A stretch of 41,724 nucleotides of DNA from Gemmatimonadales bacterium (GTDB lineage: Bacteria; Gemmatimonadota; Gemmatimonadetes; Gemmatimonadales; GWC2-71-9). The notes under the pieces are model-generated. The model made no database searches. It saw only the letters and a program-made list of their open reading frames with translations, and was not told the origin of the DNA. Position numbers and translations under genes: made by a program. Positions 17,431-27,906 of the stretch are shown one piece after another (the first letter of the stretch is position 1; every line of letters begins with the position of its first letter). Location: positions 1 to 41,724 of the forward strand of contig JAZFYL010000092.1 in assembly GCA_036443495.1 (NCBI GenBank). Reading direction: 5' to 3'.

Positions 17431-20214
17431 TTAACCTGAGTGTGTCGGCAGCTCAAACCAGAATCGGGCCCCGCCGGTGGGGAGATTCTCGGCGTGAATG
17501 CCTCCCCCGTGTGCCTCGATGATGCCGTGGGAGATGGCTAGACCCAACCCGGTCCCCTCCCCCACCACCTTGGTGGTGTAGAACGGTTCGAAGACCCTGC
17601 CCAGTGAATCCGGATGGACTCCCGGTCCCGAATCGATTACTTCGCACCCGATCATGGATCCGTCAATGTACGTCCTGATCCGGCCCACTTTGTGGTCGAC
17701 TTGGTCCATGGCCTGTCGGGCGTTAACGATCAGATTGTCGAGCACTTGCCGGATCTGGGTGGGATCGGCATTCACCACCGGCAGATTGGGCTCGAGTCGA
17801 GTCTCCCACCGAACGGCATCGCCCCGCGCCTCCTGTTCGAGTGCCAAGGACTCATCGACAATGCGGTTGAGATCGACATCTTGGCGTTTCAGCGGTACCT
17901 GCCGGGCCGACGTCAACAGATCCTCAATAATGCTAGCGGCCCGCGCCCCTTCATGCCGAATGCTCTCCAGCACGCGCTGGGTGCCTTCGTCGAGCGGTTG
18001 CTCGATAATGAGGGTTTGCGCGAGTGCGTTGATGCCTGCGATGGGGTTGTTCAACTCGTGGGCCACTCCCGAGACCACCTGCCCCAGGGCAGCCATCTTC
18101 TCGGCATGAATCAGGCGCTCCCGCAGTAGCTGCTCGTCGGTAACGTCACGGACGATGGCCAGCACCGTCGGCTGATCGCCGCCGTAAGTCATTGGAGTAG
18201 CGACGACAGCCGCTTCGCGTACGGCTCCGTCGCTCCGGCGAAAGCGATAGAAGAACTCGCGCGTCTTGCCCGCGAGGCTCGATTCGAGGTAGCGCCGTAC
18301 CGCTTCCTGGTCGGCGGGTTCGACGAATTCCACCATCTGGGCGTCGGGCTCGAGCTGCTCGAGCCCCAGCATCTGCAGGGCGGCCCGGTTGGCCGAGAGC
18401 AACCGTCCCTCTCGATCGAGGGTGTAGATCCCCACCGGGGCGGCGGCGAAGAGGGTCCGGTAGCGGGCCTCGGACCGTCGCAATTCCGACGCCGCCTCGT
18501 GCTCCTGCGTCACGTCCCGCATCACCGCCACCTCGCCACCCTCCTTCAGCGGTGCACTGGACACTGCCACCCGGCGCACGGAATCATCGGGACGCCGGCA
18601 CAACCCTTCGTAGCGTTGCGCCGAAGCAGAAGAGCGCTGATCCCGGTCCGCAGCCGGAAGGAGGTCGTTCAAGATCTGGCCCGTCAGCGCACTCTCGTCC
18701 ACGGCGAACAAGGAGATCGCCGCGGGATTGGCAAAACTGATCCGGCCTGCGGTGTCGGTCAGCACGATTGCATCGTGCGCCGTCTCGACCACCAGGCGGA
18801 ACCGCTTTTCGAGCCTCACCAAATCGGTCAGGTCATCGACGGCAACGACAAACCGATCATCCGGCAGTGGGGTAGCCGTGACGACCAGGAGTCGGCCATC
18901 ACGAGCATCCAACATGGCGGCGGCCGGCCCCTGCGCGATGCGCGCTTCCGTCAGCGGGTCGTCCGGGGGGTCGGGCCAATCCAGGAAGACGCTGGTGAAA
19001 TCGAATCCCGGGAGCGCGGTCACCGGGATCTTGGCCAGATCCGCGACAAACCGGTTGGCCCGGAAGATGATCCCTGCCTTGTCCGTGACGGCCAGGCCGC
19101 TGCCGGCAGCGTCGAATGCGGTTTGCCAGTCCTGTTTTATCCGGGTGACCTGGTCCAGCAGCTTGCTCTTGCCGATCGCCAGGGCGGCTTGATCGGCGAA
19201 TGCGACCGCGAGGCGGCGCTCCTCCAGCGGGTACTCCCGTGGCTGGTCGTGATAGAACGCCAACGAGCCGATGGTCTCGCCCGCAAACACCAGCGGCAGG
19301 AGCGCCACGGCCAGGAATCCTTCGGAAGCCACAGCGGCCGCCAGGGGATTGCCGGGACGCCCCTGGACACGAGAGGCAAACACCGGCTCACGGGCCACCA
19401 GTCGTCGCGTAGAACTCAGCGAATTAGCCAGTCGCTCCACTTCCCGCACGTATGTCTCTGACAAGCCCAACGCCACCACACACTCGGTGCGTTGCTGATC
19501 CGAGTGGAACAGGAACACCCCGGCCCGCTGCGCGTCGAAAACGCGTCGGCCTTCATCGGCGACGAAGCGCATCGTCCGCTCGGCATCCTCCACGCCCGTA
19601 AGCGCATGGGTGATCCGACCCAAGGCGTCCAACTGCTCCAACCGGGTGATCAGATCCGCCCTGGTCCTGAGCGCACTGACCGCGGCGCCCAATTGATCGG
19701 CGATGGCACTGGCCAGCAGCATCTGGTCTTCCCCGGGAGTTCGCCAGGAGTCGGGCGACTGGGTCATGGTGAGAGTGCCAACGATCTGCTCGCCCTGGTG
19801 CATGGGGATCACGAACCCTGCTCTCGGAACCCGTTCGCGGGTGGGATCGATTGTGAGCTCGGGCTCACCGTCGAAGTTCTCGCTGATGCGCGTCTCGCCC
19901 GACCGGGCCACCGCAACTTCGACCGAGCGTTCACCCAGCAAGTCTCCGGCCCGATGAAGCATGGTCGCCAGACCGATCGCGCCGAGTACCACCAAGGTAT
20001 CGGAGGACTCGTCGAGCCCGCCCGTCACCATGGCACCGTCTAACCCGAGCCCGTGCAGGGCCGCCTCCAATCCTCGGTGTACCGCTTCGTCGAGGGTTTC
20101 GATGCCGGGAAGATCCCGAGCCAGCTCCAGAACCACGCGCGCCCCGGCGAGGGTACGCTCCATCGCCTCCAGATCGGCGGCGGCCGGGGTAGATGGTTGG
20201 GAAGATCGGGTCAT
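17431..20214 (-). CDS. Soluble sensor histidine kinase (GAF-GAF-PAS-PAS-PAS-HisKA-HATPase)
   Basis: H-box VAHELNNP, N-box QVLDNLIVNA, DSGPG, FEPFYTTK, GTGLGL; PAS starts (FRANR, FANPAA, SANRAA); GAF-type A.ADQ.A.A ends; no obvious TM. Confidence 0.93.
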   Translation of the reverse strand: MTRSSQPSTPAAADLEAMERTLAGARVVLELARDLPGIETLDEAVHRGLEAALHGLGLDGAMVTGGLDESSDTLVVLGAIGLATMLHRAGDLLGERSVEVAVARSGETRISENFDGEPELTIDPTRERVPRAGFVIPMHQGEQIVGTLTMTQSPDSWRTPGEDQMLLASAIADQLGAAVSALRTRADLITRLEQLDALGRITHALTGVEDAERTMRFVADEGRRVFDAQRAGVFLFHSDQQRTECVVALGLSETYVREVERLANSLSSTRRLVAREPVFASRVQGRPGNPLAAAVASEGFLAVALLPLVFAGETIGSLAFYHDQPREYPLEERRLAVAFADQAALAIGKSKLLDQVTRIKQDWQTAFDAAGSGLAVTDKAGIIFRANRFVADLAKIPVTALPGFDFTSVFLDWPDPPDDPLTEARIAQGPAAAMLDARDGRLLVVTATPLPDDRFVVAVDDLTDLVRLEKRFRLVVETAHDAIVLTDTAGRISFANPAAISLFAVDESALTGQILNDLLPAADRDQRSSASAQRYEGLCRRPDDSVRRVAVSSAPLKEGGEVAVMRDVTQEHEAASELRRSEARYRTLFAAAPVGIYTLDREGRLLSANRAALQMLGLEQLEPDAQMVEFVEPADQEAVRRYLESSLAGKTREFFYRFRRSDGAVREAAVVATPMTYGGDQPTVLAIVRDVTDEQLLRERLIHAEKMAALGQVVSGVAHELNNPIAGINALAQTLIIEQPLDEGTQRVLESIRHEGARAASIIEDLLTSARQVPLKRQDVDLNRIVDESLALEQEARGDAVRWETRLEPNLPVVNADPTQIRQVLDNLIVNARQAMDQVDHKVGRIRTYIDGSMIGCEVIDSGPGVHPDSLGRVFEPFYTTKVVGEGTGLGLAISHGIIEAHGGGIHAENLPTGGARFWFELPTHSG

Positions 20215-20218
20215 CGGC

Positions 20219-21115
20219 TCACGGAACGAATACGTGGATGGCGCCGGGAACCACCGTCGCGGTAAACGGGGTGGAGCCCCCTGGGTCGCCGTCTAGTTGT
20301 ACGGGTTGCACGGGGGTGGAGTGCACGTGGATGGACTGCCCGCGGATGTACCCCACATAGCCGGCGCTGGTGGGATTCTCGGTCCCGTACCGCAGTAAAT
20401 CCCACGCCGCCAGCACTCCGTCGCCGAGGCTGTCGGCCCGAACCACGATGACGTCCAGCAACCCATCTTCGGGCGAGATACCCTGGCGGAACTTAATGAA
20501 GGGTGGAACGACTTCGGCGCAGTTGGCCACGATGACCAGCGCCGCCCTGGCCTCGTATTCCTGTCCGTCGACGGTGATGACGTGGAACGCGCTCTTGAGT
20601 TGGTCGAGTAGCCGATAGATGGTTGCGACATAGGCGCCCATGCCCCAGCGATGCTTGTCGGCGAGAGGCGTTTCGATCATGACACGGGCGTCGAACCCGG
20701 CTCCACACGCAACCGCGAAGTAGTGGGTTTCGCCCTGGCATTCCAGCCGGCCGAGATCGATCTGGCGAGTGGTGCCCGATAATATCGTCTCGGCTGCCCG
20801 GGAAGGAGATCCGGGTACCCGCAGGTTGCCCGCCAGCAGGTTCCCCGTCCCGCCCGGGATGAGGCCCAGCTTGACGTCCGTCCCGACCAGGGCCGATGCA
20901 GCTTGCATGGTGGTGCCATCACCGCCAAACACAGCCACCGCATCGTACTGCTGTTCGACCGCCTCCTGTGCCAGCCGGCGGGCGTCTCCGGGTCCCCCGG
21001 TGGCCTGCACATCAACTGTCCACCCCCCACCACGCAAGACGTTGACCACCGCGTTGACGGCGGCCGGTCGCGTCCGAGCCGCCGCGGGGTTGGTGATGAG
21101 AAGCGTGCGTGCCAT
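20219..21115 (-). CDS. Diacylglycerol/lipid kinase family protein (YegS/DagK-like)
   Basis: ITNPAA, GGDGT, IPGGTGNLLA, G.GFDA, DGLLDV, QLDGD motifs. Confidence 0.93.
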   Translation of the reverse strand: MARTLLITNPAAARTRPAAVNAVVNVLRGGGWTVDVQATGGPGDARRLAQEAVEQQYDAVAVFGGDGTTMQAASALVGTDVKLGLIPGGTGNLLAGNLRVPGSPSRAAETILSGTTRQIDLGRLECQGETHYFAVACGAGFDARVMIETPLADKHRWGMGAYVATIYRLLDQLKSAFHVITVDGQEYEARAALVIVANCAEVVPPFIKFRQGISPEDGLLDVIVVRADSLGDGVLAAWDLLRYGTENPTSAGYVGYIRGQSIHVHSTPVQPVQLDGDPGGSTPFTATVVPGAIHVFVP

Positions 21116-21116
21116 G

Positions 21117-24100
21117 CTAGAACTCCCGCTCCCACAGGAGGTCGACACCGATCTGGTAGCGGGTGCCGCGGCCGACATCCACCTGCGTGGTCAGTTCACA
21201 CGCTTCGACCGGTTCGAGACTGAGCGAAGAACGCCAGTGCGTGCCGAACCGCCACTCGAGACTGGCCCCCAGCGCCTTGTAGTTGAGCAGTTGGTCGTTG
21301 GGGCAGAATCCCGCGCTCAGGGTAATGAACATCGCCCGGGTGAGACGCCACCCCGCCGAAATCGTGGTTGACGTCACCGAACTGCCCCGTATCGGTGTCG
21401 CGCCCGGACGAATCTGCAGGTAATCGATGGGGAGCCCGATATCGGAAATCAAAGTGCGTTCCACTTCGGAGGAGAGGGCCGAGGAGAGCGCGGCCAGACC
21501 CCAGGCCAACGCCCCTTCCTCGCTCGTCTGGTTCTCGCCCGAACTGAGATCGAAGGCCGGCTTCCCGAACATGAGGAAGGACACCAGGTCGGATTCGGAA
21601 ATCGGCGGGCCGTCGCGGTTGGTCAGCCGGAGCCGAGGGGCACGCATCGTGCCGCTGATGGTGGCGACGATCGGGATCTGTTCGCTCCGATCCACCGGCG
21701 TGACCTTGTGCTCGGCCACGATATCCAACTGCGCGTCCAGATCGGGCGTCCCGAAATATCTGATGCTACCGCGGATGACATCGAAATTCCGGTTCACCAA
21801 ATTGCCGATCCGCAGAGTATAGCGACCACGCAGGGTCTCGAGGTCGCCAGACAGCCGGTACTCGCGCCGGATCTTGTTGACGCGCAGATCGCCACGCAGG
21901 AGGATGTTGGCCTCGTTGGAACGTAGGTAGAAATCGTCCTGCACTCGGAGGTCGAGGTCGACGATCCGAAGCGAATCCAGGAACCGGTTCTGGAAGCGCG
22001 ACCCCAAGTGTCGCTCACGGATGTAGTCCAAGTCGATCAGGTCCGCGTTGGTAGGGTCTTCCAGGTCTAGCACTTGCTTGCCGACCAGATCGGCGAAATG
22101 GAGCACCCCTCGGTTCGCGACGCCGGTTCCAGTGAGAACCGGCTGGAAAAGCGACCCAGTCAGGCGAACATCGCCCGAGGCAGCCAGGGTGAGAAAATCC
22201 GGAACGTCGATCACCAACAGGTTTTGGGCATGGATGTCGAGATTCAGCCGTGGGCTGGTCAGGCCTTCCATCCGAACCCAGCCGCCGACATCCATGAATC
22301 CGCCGTCACCACCGATGCGCAGGGTATCGATGAGAATCGAGTCGCCTACCATATGGGCGCGCCCGAGAATATCACGGAACGAGACACCCAAACCTGGTAC
22401 CCCCGTCCGGCCATTATCGATCTGCAGCATGCCCGCCAATCGGGGCTCGTCCCACGAGCCCTCAATCTGAACGTCGGCCACCAATAGGCCTCGTAAGTCC
22501 TCAACACTGTTGGTGAATGCATCGAACACGCCGAGGTCCACACTATCCGCCAACGCACGGACGTACAGCGGTCCGTTGACCCGTCGATCCGCTATCCTGG
22601 CGAGTGCCAAGTCGACCGGCAGTCTGGCCTCGATGCGCATCACCTGTTGCCCGGTGCGCCACATGAGCAGGTCCGCCAGGAGTTGCCGGTCCGCGTACTT
22701 GATCACGGCCTGGCCGAGCGGTCCGCGAAAATCAGTTAGGGTCACGTCGGCGGCTTGCGCCGAGCCCACGATGCTCGGGGATTCCCGGGTACCAGCCATC
22801 CGCATGCTGGCACTGAAGGAACCGCCCACGTTGGTCGTGTCCCACTGCAACAATCCGTACAGGTCCTTGATGCCGATGCCCAACGCTTCGAGTTGGTACT
22901 GATCTCCTCCCTGTGGTGTGATCCGGATGAATCCGGAGCCGTCCCGAGCGGTGAGATTCACTCGGGAGAGGGTCGTTCCGGTATCCGAGATGACCAGGGT
23001 GGTGGGCGTGTTCAGATCCCACTCCGTCGACACCAAGTCGGCATGTAACGTGTCCACTTCCCACCATTCGGTTCCCGATCGGCGACCACGGACACCCCCG
23101 ATGGTCACTTCTGTCGCGCGGTCCATGCCCACCATCGCCAGCCAGGCGAGTGAGTCCGGCGGTCCCTGGAGTTGGAGCCGCACCAGGGGGAATTCCAGTT
23201 TGCCGACGAGCAGCGTGTCGGCCCTCAGGCTCAGCGCGACCGACGTTTCCCGACCTCCCGACCAGGCGAGCGACCCGCGCACCGCATCGGCCTCCGTCTG
23301 TGCCAGCGCGACGTCGAAGGCGGTGATCTGGGCTACGGCTCCCAGCTCATCGAGTGAACCGTTCAAGTCCATCCTGGCTTCCAGCAAGCCTTCGAGGTAG
23401 TGCCAGTTCATGGTGTCGCGTTGAAGGCCGAATGCGTTTACCACGAGTGTGTCGAACACGCCCAGACTGTCGCTGATCAGCCCGAAAGACATCGCCCCGT
23501 TGACCGGGAGGCGCCATCCCAGATCGCCGGAGCCAGCCAGTTGGCCGCGGGCCCATTCCATGTGCAGGGTGTCGAGGTCGATGAGGCTATCCTGTGCGCC
23601 GATCTCCATCTGCAGGTTGTCGAACCGGAACTCCCGGATGGACCCCGCCCGAAGGTCTATCGACAGCCGGCCGGAGGGACCGGTAACGGTATCGGCGAGC
23701 CCGTCGAGCGTTGCGCTACCAGCCAGACGGGTCGTCGGCCCAGTGCCCAGGAGTGCCGCCAGATCGACGTCGCTGAACGTGACCTGCAACGGCCGTCCGC
23801 CGAGCCGTTCCGGCAGCAGCGAAGCCGATCCGGTGATGGCAACCGTCCCCAGTTCACCGCTGACCTCGGCGGTCACCGCCATGGCGGTTATCGGCCCCTC
23901 CATGCGCAGGTGGCCGGCGAGTTGCCCCCGGGTGCCTAGACCTGGGAAGCCCCGTCGGATGCCTTCGAAATCCAACGGCTCCAAATCGGCGTCGACCCCA
24001 AATACAAGCGTGTCCGTCCGGGTGTCGAGCCGGAACGCGCCAAACGCCTGGCTCACCGGCCGGGGCCCATCCTCATGGCGGAACACCCCGGCGAAGGAGG

Positions 24101-25520
24101 CGTTGCGCAGGGGACCGTCGAGCGTGCCGATCGCCTCCAGCCGGCCTTCCAAGAGGACCGCCGGGGCGAGTCCTCGAACGGTCCGGAGATCGATGTCGGA
24201 GTCGTGGACCTGGATACTGTCGAACACTAGCCCCAGGGAGTCGTCGATATGGATGTGCCCGTCCGCCAAGACGGAGCTGACCGGCAGGCTGTCGTGGGTC
24301 TCGTCGACAAAGACCCAATCCGCTCCGACACGGAGGTTGTCGAAGTGCCCATCCATCACGGTGATGCCGGTGAGTCGGCCGTAGAACGGCAAGCTGTCGA
24401 TGAACGGGCGGATCACATCGAGATCCAGGCGTTCGGTCCGCACGTTGAGATCGCGGAAGCCGAGCCCACGCCGGTCATCCTTGACGACGGTCAGTCGGCC
24501 CTCGATGCTCGAGCCGTCAGGGGCAGCCAACACCATGTCGCGCAACACGAACGACGCCCGGTCGCGCGATTCAGTTCGAGCGGCAAACACCGTGCGGCCT
24601 CTAAGGTCGGCGAAATCCGGGGTGATCCATCGGAAATCGACGAGGGCGGCCTGCGAGGAAGTGAAGGTGAAATCGAAGAACTCCTTCCCTTCACGGAAGG
24701 TCACCACCCCGCCTCCGGTGAGGGTGGTGTTCGGAAGGGCGGCGTGTTCCAGGGAGAATACGAGACTGTCTCCGGGGACTTGTATGCGGCCGATCGCGTG
24801 ACGGATCGACACTTGGGGGTCACTGATGTCGGCGTATAGGCTGTCGATGTCCACCGTCAGGGGTTGCCGGTCGGGCGAACTGGCGGTGACTCGCCGGAAG
24901 CGGGCGGCAAGATTGTCGATGGTGACGATCTTGCGGAAGCCCTCCGGAGTTTCCTCGATGACCCGTCCGGGCTTGGCCCGCTCACGCGCGAGCCCACGGC
25001 GGATGGCCGCCTCGCTGCGGAGGCTGTCGTCCGGGGACCACGGGGTATCGATCCGAACCCTGGCATCGTCGATCCGCACGTTCCGGAACTGGATGAGTTG
25101 CCCCGGTCCGGTGCCGCTCCCCTCGCCGATCCGAAGCACCTCCAGCAGGTTGAGCCGTCCCGACGGCATCTTCTTGAGGTATACGTCGGGCCGCTGCAAT
25201 TCCGCACTGGTCATGACGATTTGCCCGGCGAGCAACTGCGGCAATGTATAGGTCACCCGAATCGACCCGACGGTGGCAACCAGCCCGCCGGCGGTATCAC
25301 GGATGACGACATCGTCGAGCACTAGGCTTCGCACAAAACTTCCGGATATACCCCCCACGAATAGCCGCCCGCGCAGCACGCCCGCCAGCTCCGCGGAGAC
25401 AACCCTGGCGAGTAGATCCCGTCCGGGGCCCGTCGCGGTCATGGCGGTGACCACGCCAAGCACGGTTGCCAACGTACTGAGCAAGGTCACGAATACGGCG
25501 TGGGCGACGGACCGGCGCAT
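21117..25520 (-). CDS. tamB: Translocation/assembly module TamB (AsmA-like) protein
   Basis: About 1470 aa, N-terminal TM anchor, beta-rich repeats, C-terminal DUF490-like region (G.I.Y.G..D.DAQLDI, L.L...P...ESDLVSFL.FG), ends WEREF; ATG overlaps upstream Omp85 stop. Confidence 0.85.
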   Translation of the reverse strand: MRRSVAHAVFVTLLSTLATVLGVVTAMTATGPGRDLLARVVSAELAGVLRGRLFVGGISGSFVRSLVLDDVVIRDTAGGLVATVGSIRVTYTLPQLLAGQIVMTSAELQRPDVYLKKMPSGRLNLLEVLRIGEGSGTGPGQLIQFRNVRIDDARVRIDTPWSPDDSLRSEAAIRRGLARERAKPGRVIEETPEGFRKIVTIDNLAARFRRVTASSPDRQPLTVDIDSLYADISDPQVSIRHAIGRIQVPGDSLVFSLEHAALPNTTLTGGGVVTFREGKEFFDFTFTSSQAALVDFRWITPDFADLRGRTVFAARTESRDRASFVLRDMVLAAPDGSSIEGRLTVVKDDRRGLGFRDLNVRTERLDLDVIRPFIDSLPFYGRLTGITVMDGHFDNLRVGADWVFVDETHDSLPVSSVLADGHIHIDDSLGLVFDSIQVHDSDIDLRTVRGLAPAVLLEGRLEAIGTLDGPLRNASFAGVFRHEDGPRPVSQAFGAFRLDTRTDTLVFGVDADLEPLDFEGIRRGFPGLGTRGQLAGHLRMEGPITAMAVTAEVSGELGTVAITGSASLLPERLGGRPLQVTFSDVDLAALLGTGPTTRLAGSATLDGLADTVTGPSGRLSIDLRAGSIREFRFDNLQMEIGAQDSLIDLDTLHMEWARGQLAGSGDLGWRLPVNGAMSFGLISDSLGVFDTLVVNAFGLQRDTMNWHYLEGLLEARMDLNGSLDELGAVAQITAFDVALAQTEADAVRGSLAWSGGRETSVALSLRADTLLVGKLEFPLVRLQLQGPPDSLAWLAMVGMDRATEVTIGGVRGRRSGTEWWEVDTLHADLVSTEWDLNTPTTLVISDTGTTLSRVNLTARDGSGFIRITPQGGDQYQLEALGIGIKDLYGLLQWDTTNVGGSFSASMRMAGTRESPSIVGSAQAADVTLTDFRGPLGQAVIKYADRQLLADLLMWRTGQQVMRIEARLPVDLALARIADRRVNGPLYVRALADSVDLGVFDAFTNSVEDLRGLLVADVQIEGSWDEPRLAGMLQIDNGRTGVPGLGVSFRDILGRAHMVGDSILIDTLRIGGDGGFMDVGGWVRMEGLTSPRLNLDIHAQNLLVIDVPDFLTLAASGDVRLTGSLFQPVLTGTGVANRGVLHFADLVGKQVLDLEDPTNADLIDLDYIRERHLGSRFQNRFLDSLRIVDLDLRVQDDFYLRSNEANILLRGDLRVNKIRREYRLSGDLETLRGRYTLRIGNLVNRNFDVIRGSIRYFGTPDLDAQLDIVAEHKVTPVDRSEQIPIVATISGTMRAPRLRLTNRDGPPISESDLVSFLMFGKPAFDLSSGENQTSEEGALAWGLAALSSALSSEVERTLISDIGLPIDYLQIRPGATPIRGSSVTSTTISAGWRLTRAMFITLSAGFCPNDQLLNYKALGASLEWRFGTHWRSSLSLEPVEACELTTQVDVGRGTRYQIGVDLLWEREF

Positions 25521-27622
25521 CAGAACGGCTGCCCCACGGAGACTTGAATGGTGAAATTCCTCGTCCGGGCCTTCTGTACCGGGAAGGGGAGTTCGACCAG
25601 GTCTCCATCCGCAGTGCTGGCCAGCAACCGGCCGGGAGGAAAGTCGTAGGGGTTGTAGGCCACGTCGAACCGGGCAGGACCCAACGGCGTGTTGAACCGT
25701 AGGCCTGCCCCGGGGGTGATACGCAGCCGGAACGGAGCGAAGGCGTCTGGATCCCTCACCCACACCGAGCCCGCGTCGATGAACAACGCGAACCGGAGGC
25801 GCGGGGAGATGCCCGTCGGCATGCGGAGTTCGACATTGCCGACCGACAACATGTCGCCCCCGGTCGCCTCCACTTGGGCATTCTGGAGCGATTCCGGAAT
25901 GATGTTCCCAGCCGAATCGCGCCCGATCTGTGATTCATCAATGACATATACCACCGGCCCCAACTCGTTTCGGTGGTAGCCGCGCACGTCGTTGGGACCG
26001 CCCGCATAGAACCGCTGATTGGGGGGGATGAAGGCGTCGGTGCCCGATTCCAGCGTGATGCGGGGCGCGAAGATGATCCCGCCCCGCACCCGCCAACTGA
26101 GGACATATCCGCGTCGAATGGGGTGGTACCAGGCGATATCACCGATGAATCGAACGAACTCCTGCGTGGCGGAAGAACCGATGAGGCTTGAACTGATCGT
26201 CCCCTCCAGCGAAGCGACATAGCCTCTGGTCGGGTTGATGAGGTTGTTGGCCCGCGGGAGGGTCGACCGAATGGTGAAGGTGCCCAGATTCTGCCGTTGG
26301 CGCAGTTCGTCGATGTCCTCACGAGTACAGGCGTTGAAATACGCGCAGAAGTTCACGTCGCTCGCCTGGGTCAGGCCGTTCTCCCAGCGATAGACGAAAT
26401 CGAGGCCCAGCCGGGACTCGGTGATGCGCGCCAAACTCAGGCTCGTCCCGAAGTCCTCCCGCAAGAAGACCTTGGGGGAGCTGCGCCGCTCAGCGAACAG
26501 CGCGATGGCCAAGGTGTTCTTGGGTGACAGAAACGCCGGACGGCGTATAGAAGCCGTGACGTTGTAATTGAGCTCCTGCGAGAACGGATCATCGGCCAGC
26601 CATTGGCATATGTTCTCCGAAAGAGCCGTGAACGGCTCCGCCACGCCGAGTTTCGACACCCGGGTCGACAGATCGAAGATGCGCCCATTGCCCAGCATGT
26701 TTCTGGCACTCCACCCCGCACCCAACCGGATACAATCGTTGGTGCCGTATCCCCCACCCCACCGCAGTCGGTGAAACCGACCCTCGATGACGCGAACGCT
26801 GAGCGGGACAGTGTCTGAATCGAATCGGTACAGGAGCGTGTCCACGCCCACTGACACGTACCGGAACAAGTCCGACCGATACAAGTTTCGCTGGCTGCGG
26901 AACAAGTCCTCCCTCGAATAGGTCCGCCCGGGAGAAGTGGTCAACAGGGATCGGACCACCTTGGGGTTGATCGAAGCCGTCCCCACCACGTCGATCTCTC
27001 CCACCACCCCCAGAACCCCGGGATAGACGTCGAGGCCGATCGTCGCAGTGCGCTCGGTTGTGTTCATATCGAAGCTCTGAAACACCTCGGCCGAATGATA
27101 CCCGCGGTCCTGGAGGCGCCGGGCCAGCGTGTCTGCAGTTGCTACCATGAGGAATCGATTGAACGGATCTCCGACCCGCAGCGGCAGGTCCCGAATGATC
27201 CGCCGGGTGTCGGCTATGGAATCGAGGCCGAGGATCACCAGGTCGGTCACGACGACGGGGGGGCCCTCGTCGATCAAAAATGTGATGTAGATGTTGTCAT
27301 CGGTACGACGCACCAGTGTATCCACTTGGACGTCGAGATAGCCCGACTTGCGGAACAACAACTTGAGGCGCTCCACATCGGCTTCGAAGTCCCGCTGACC
27401 GAACGTGCGTTTGGCACCGAGTCCCATCCACCGGACGAACGGGCTGGTAGCGAAGAAACTCGAATTCGTGGTGGCGATGAAGGATTGAAGGGTTTCGCCA
27501 TCGATGGCCCGGTTGCCCTTGAACTTCAGTTGCCGCACTACCGGGTCCTGCAGCTGAGACTGCGCCTCTCCGGGGAACGCCGAGCACAGCAGCGGGATGA
27601 CCACGGCGATGCGGGCGGTCAC
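25520..27622 (-). CDS. Omp85-family outer membrane protein (TamA/BamA-like; POTRA repeats plus beta-barrel)
   Basis: Signal peptide, POTRA (F.GN.AI, Y/GY..V.V, I.EGP), RFYAGGPNDVRGY, GAGLRFNTPLGPARFD.A, C-terminal VGQPF; GTG start at 27622 after GGAGG (ORF track 27655). Confidence 0.92.
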   Translation of the reverse strand: MTARIAVVIPLLCSAFPGEAQSQLQDPVVRQLKFKGNRAIDGETLQSFIATTNSSFFATSPFVRWMGLGAKRTFGQRDFEADVERLKLLFRKSGYLDVQVDTLVRRTDDNIYITFLIDEGPPVVVTDLVILGLDSIADTRRIIRDLPLRVGDPFNRFLMVATADTLARRLQDRGYHSAEVFQSFDMNTTERTATIGLDVYPGVLGVVGEIDVVGTASINPKVVRSLLTTSPGRTYSREDLFRSQRNLYRSDLFRYVSVGVDTLLYRFDSDTVPLSVRVIEGRFHRLRWGGGYGTNDCIRLGAGWSARNMLGNGRIFDLSTRVSKLGVAEPFTALSENICQWLADDPFSQELNYNVTASIRRPAFLSPKNTLAIALFAERRSSPKVFLREDFGTSLSLARITESRLGLDFVYRWENGLTQASDVNFCAYFNACTREDIDELRQRQNLGTFTIRSTLPRANNLINPTRGYVASLEGTISSSLIGSSATQEFVRFIGDIAWYHPIRRGYVLSWRVRGGIIFAPRITLESGTDAFIPPNQRFYAGGPNDVRGYHRNELGPVVYVIDESQIGRDSAGNIIPESLQNAQVEATGGDMLSVGNVELRMPTGISPRLRFALFIDAGSVWVRDPDAFAPFRLRITPGAGLRFNTPLGPARFDVAYNPYDFPPGRLLASTADGDLVELPFPVQKARTRNFTIQVSVGQPF

Positions 27623-27906
27623 TATACCGCCCCTCCCGGGCCGCAACCGGGTCACGACCTCGACTGGCTCAAGAAGGAGCCTTGTAATGTTCCATTATGG
27701 AACTGGTATTCAGCAGTCCGCATGTAGGTAACATCGCTAACTTCAGCGAGTTACGCCACGCTGTCAAAAAATTGGTCTGTGCCGCCGTCTCTCCGCGAGT
27801 AGCAGTTCCGGGAGCGCCTCCTCAGCCGATCATCACGACTATCTTACGGGCCCGAACCCATCGGGTATCCCATCACCCCTCCTCCCCCTTGGCACAGGAT
27901 GGATCG

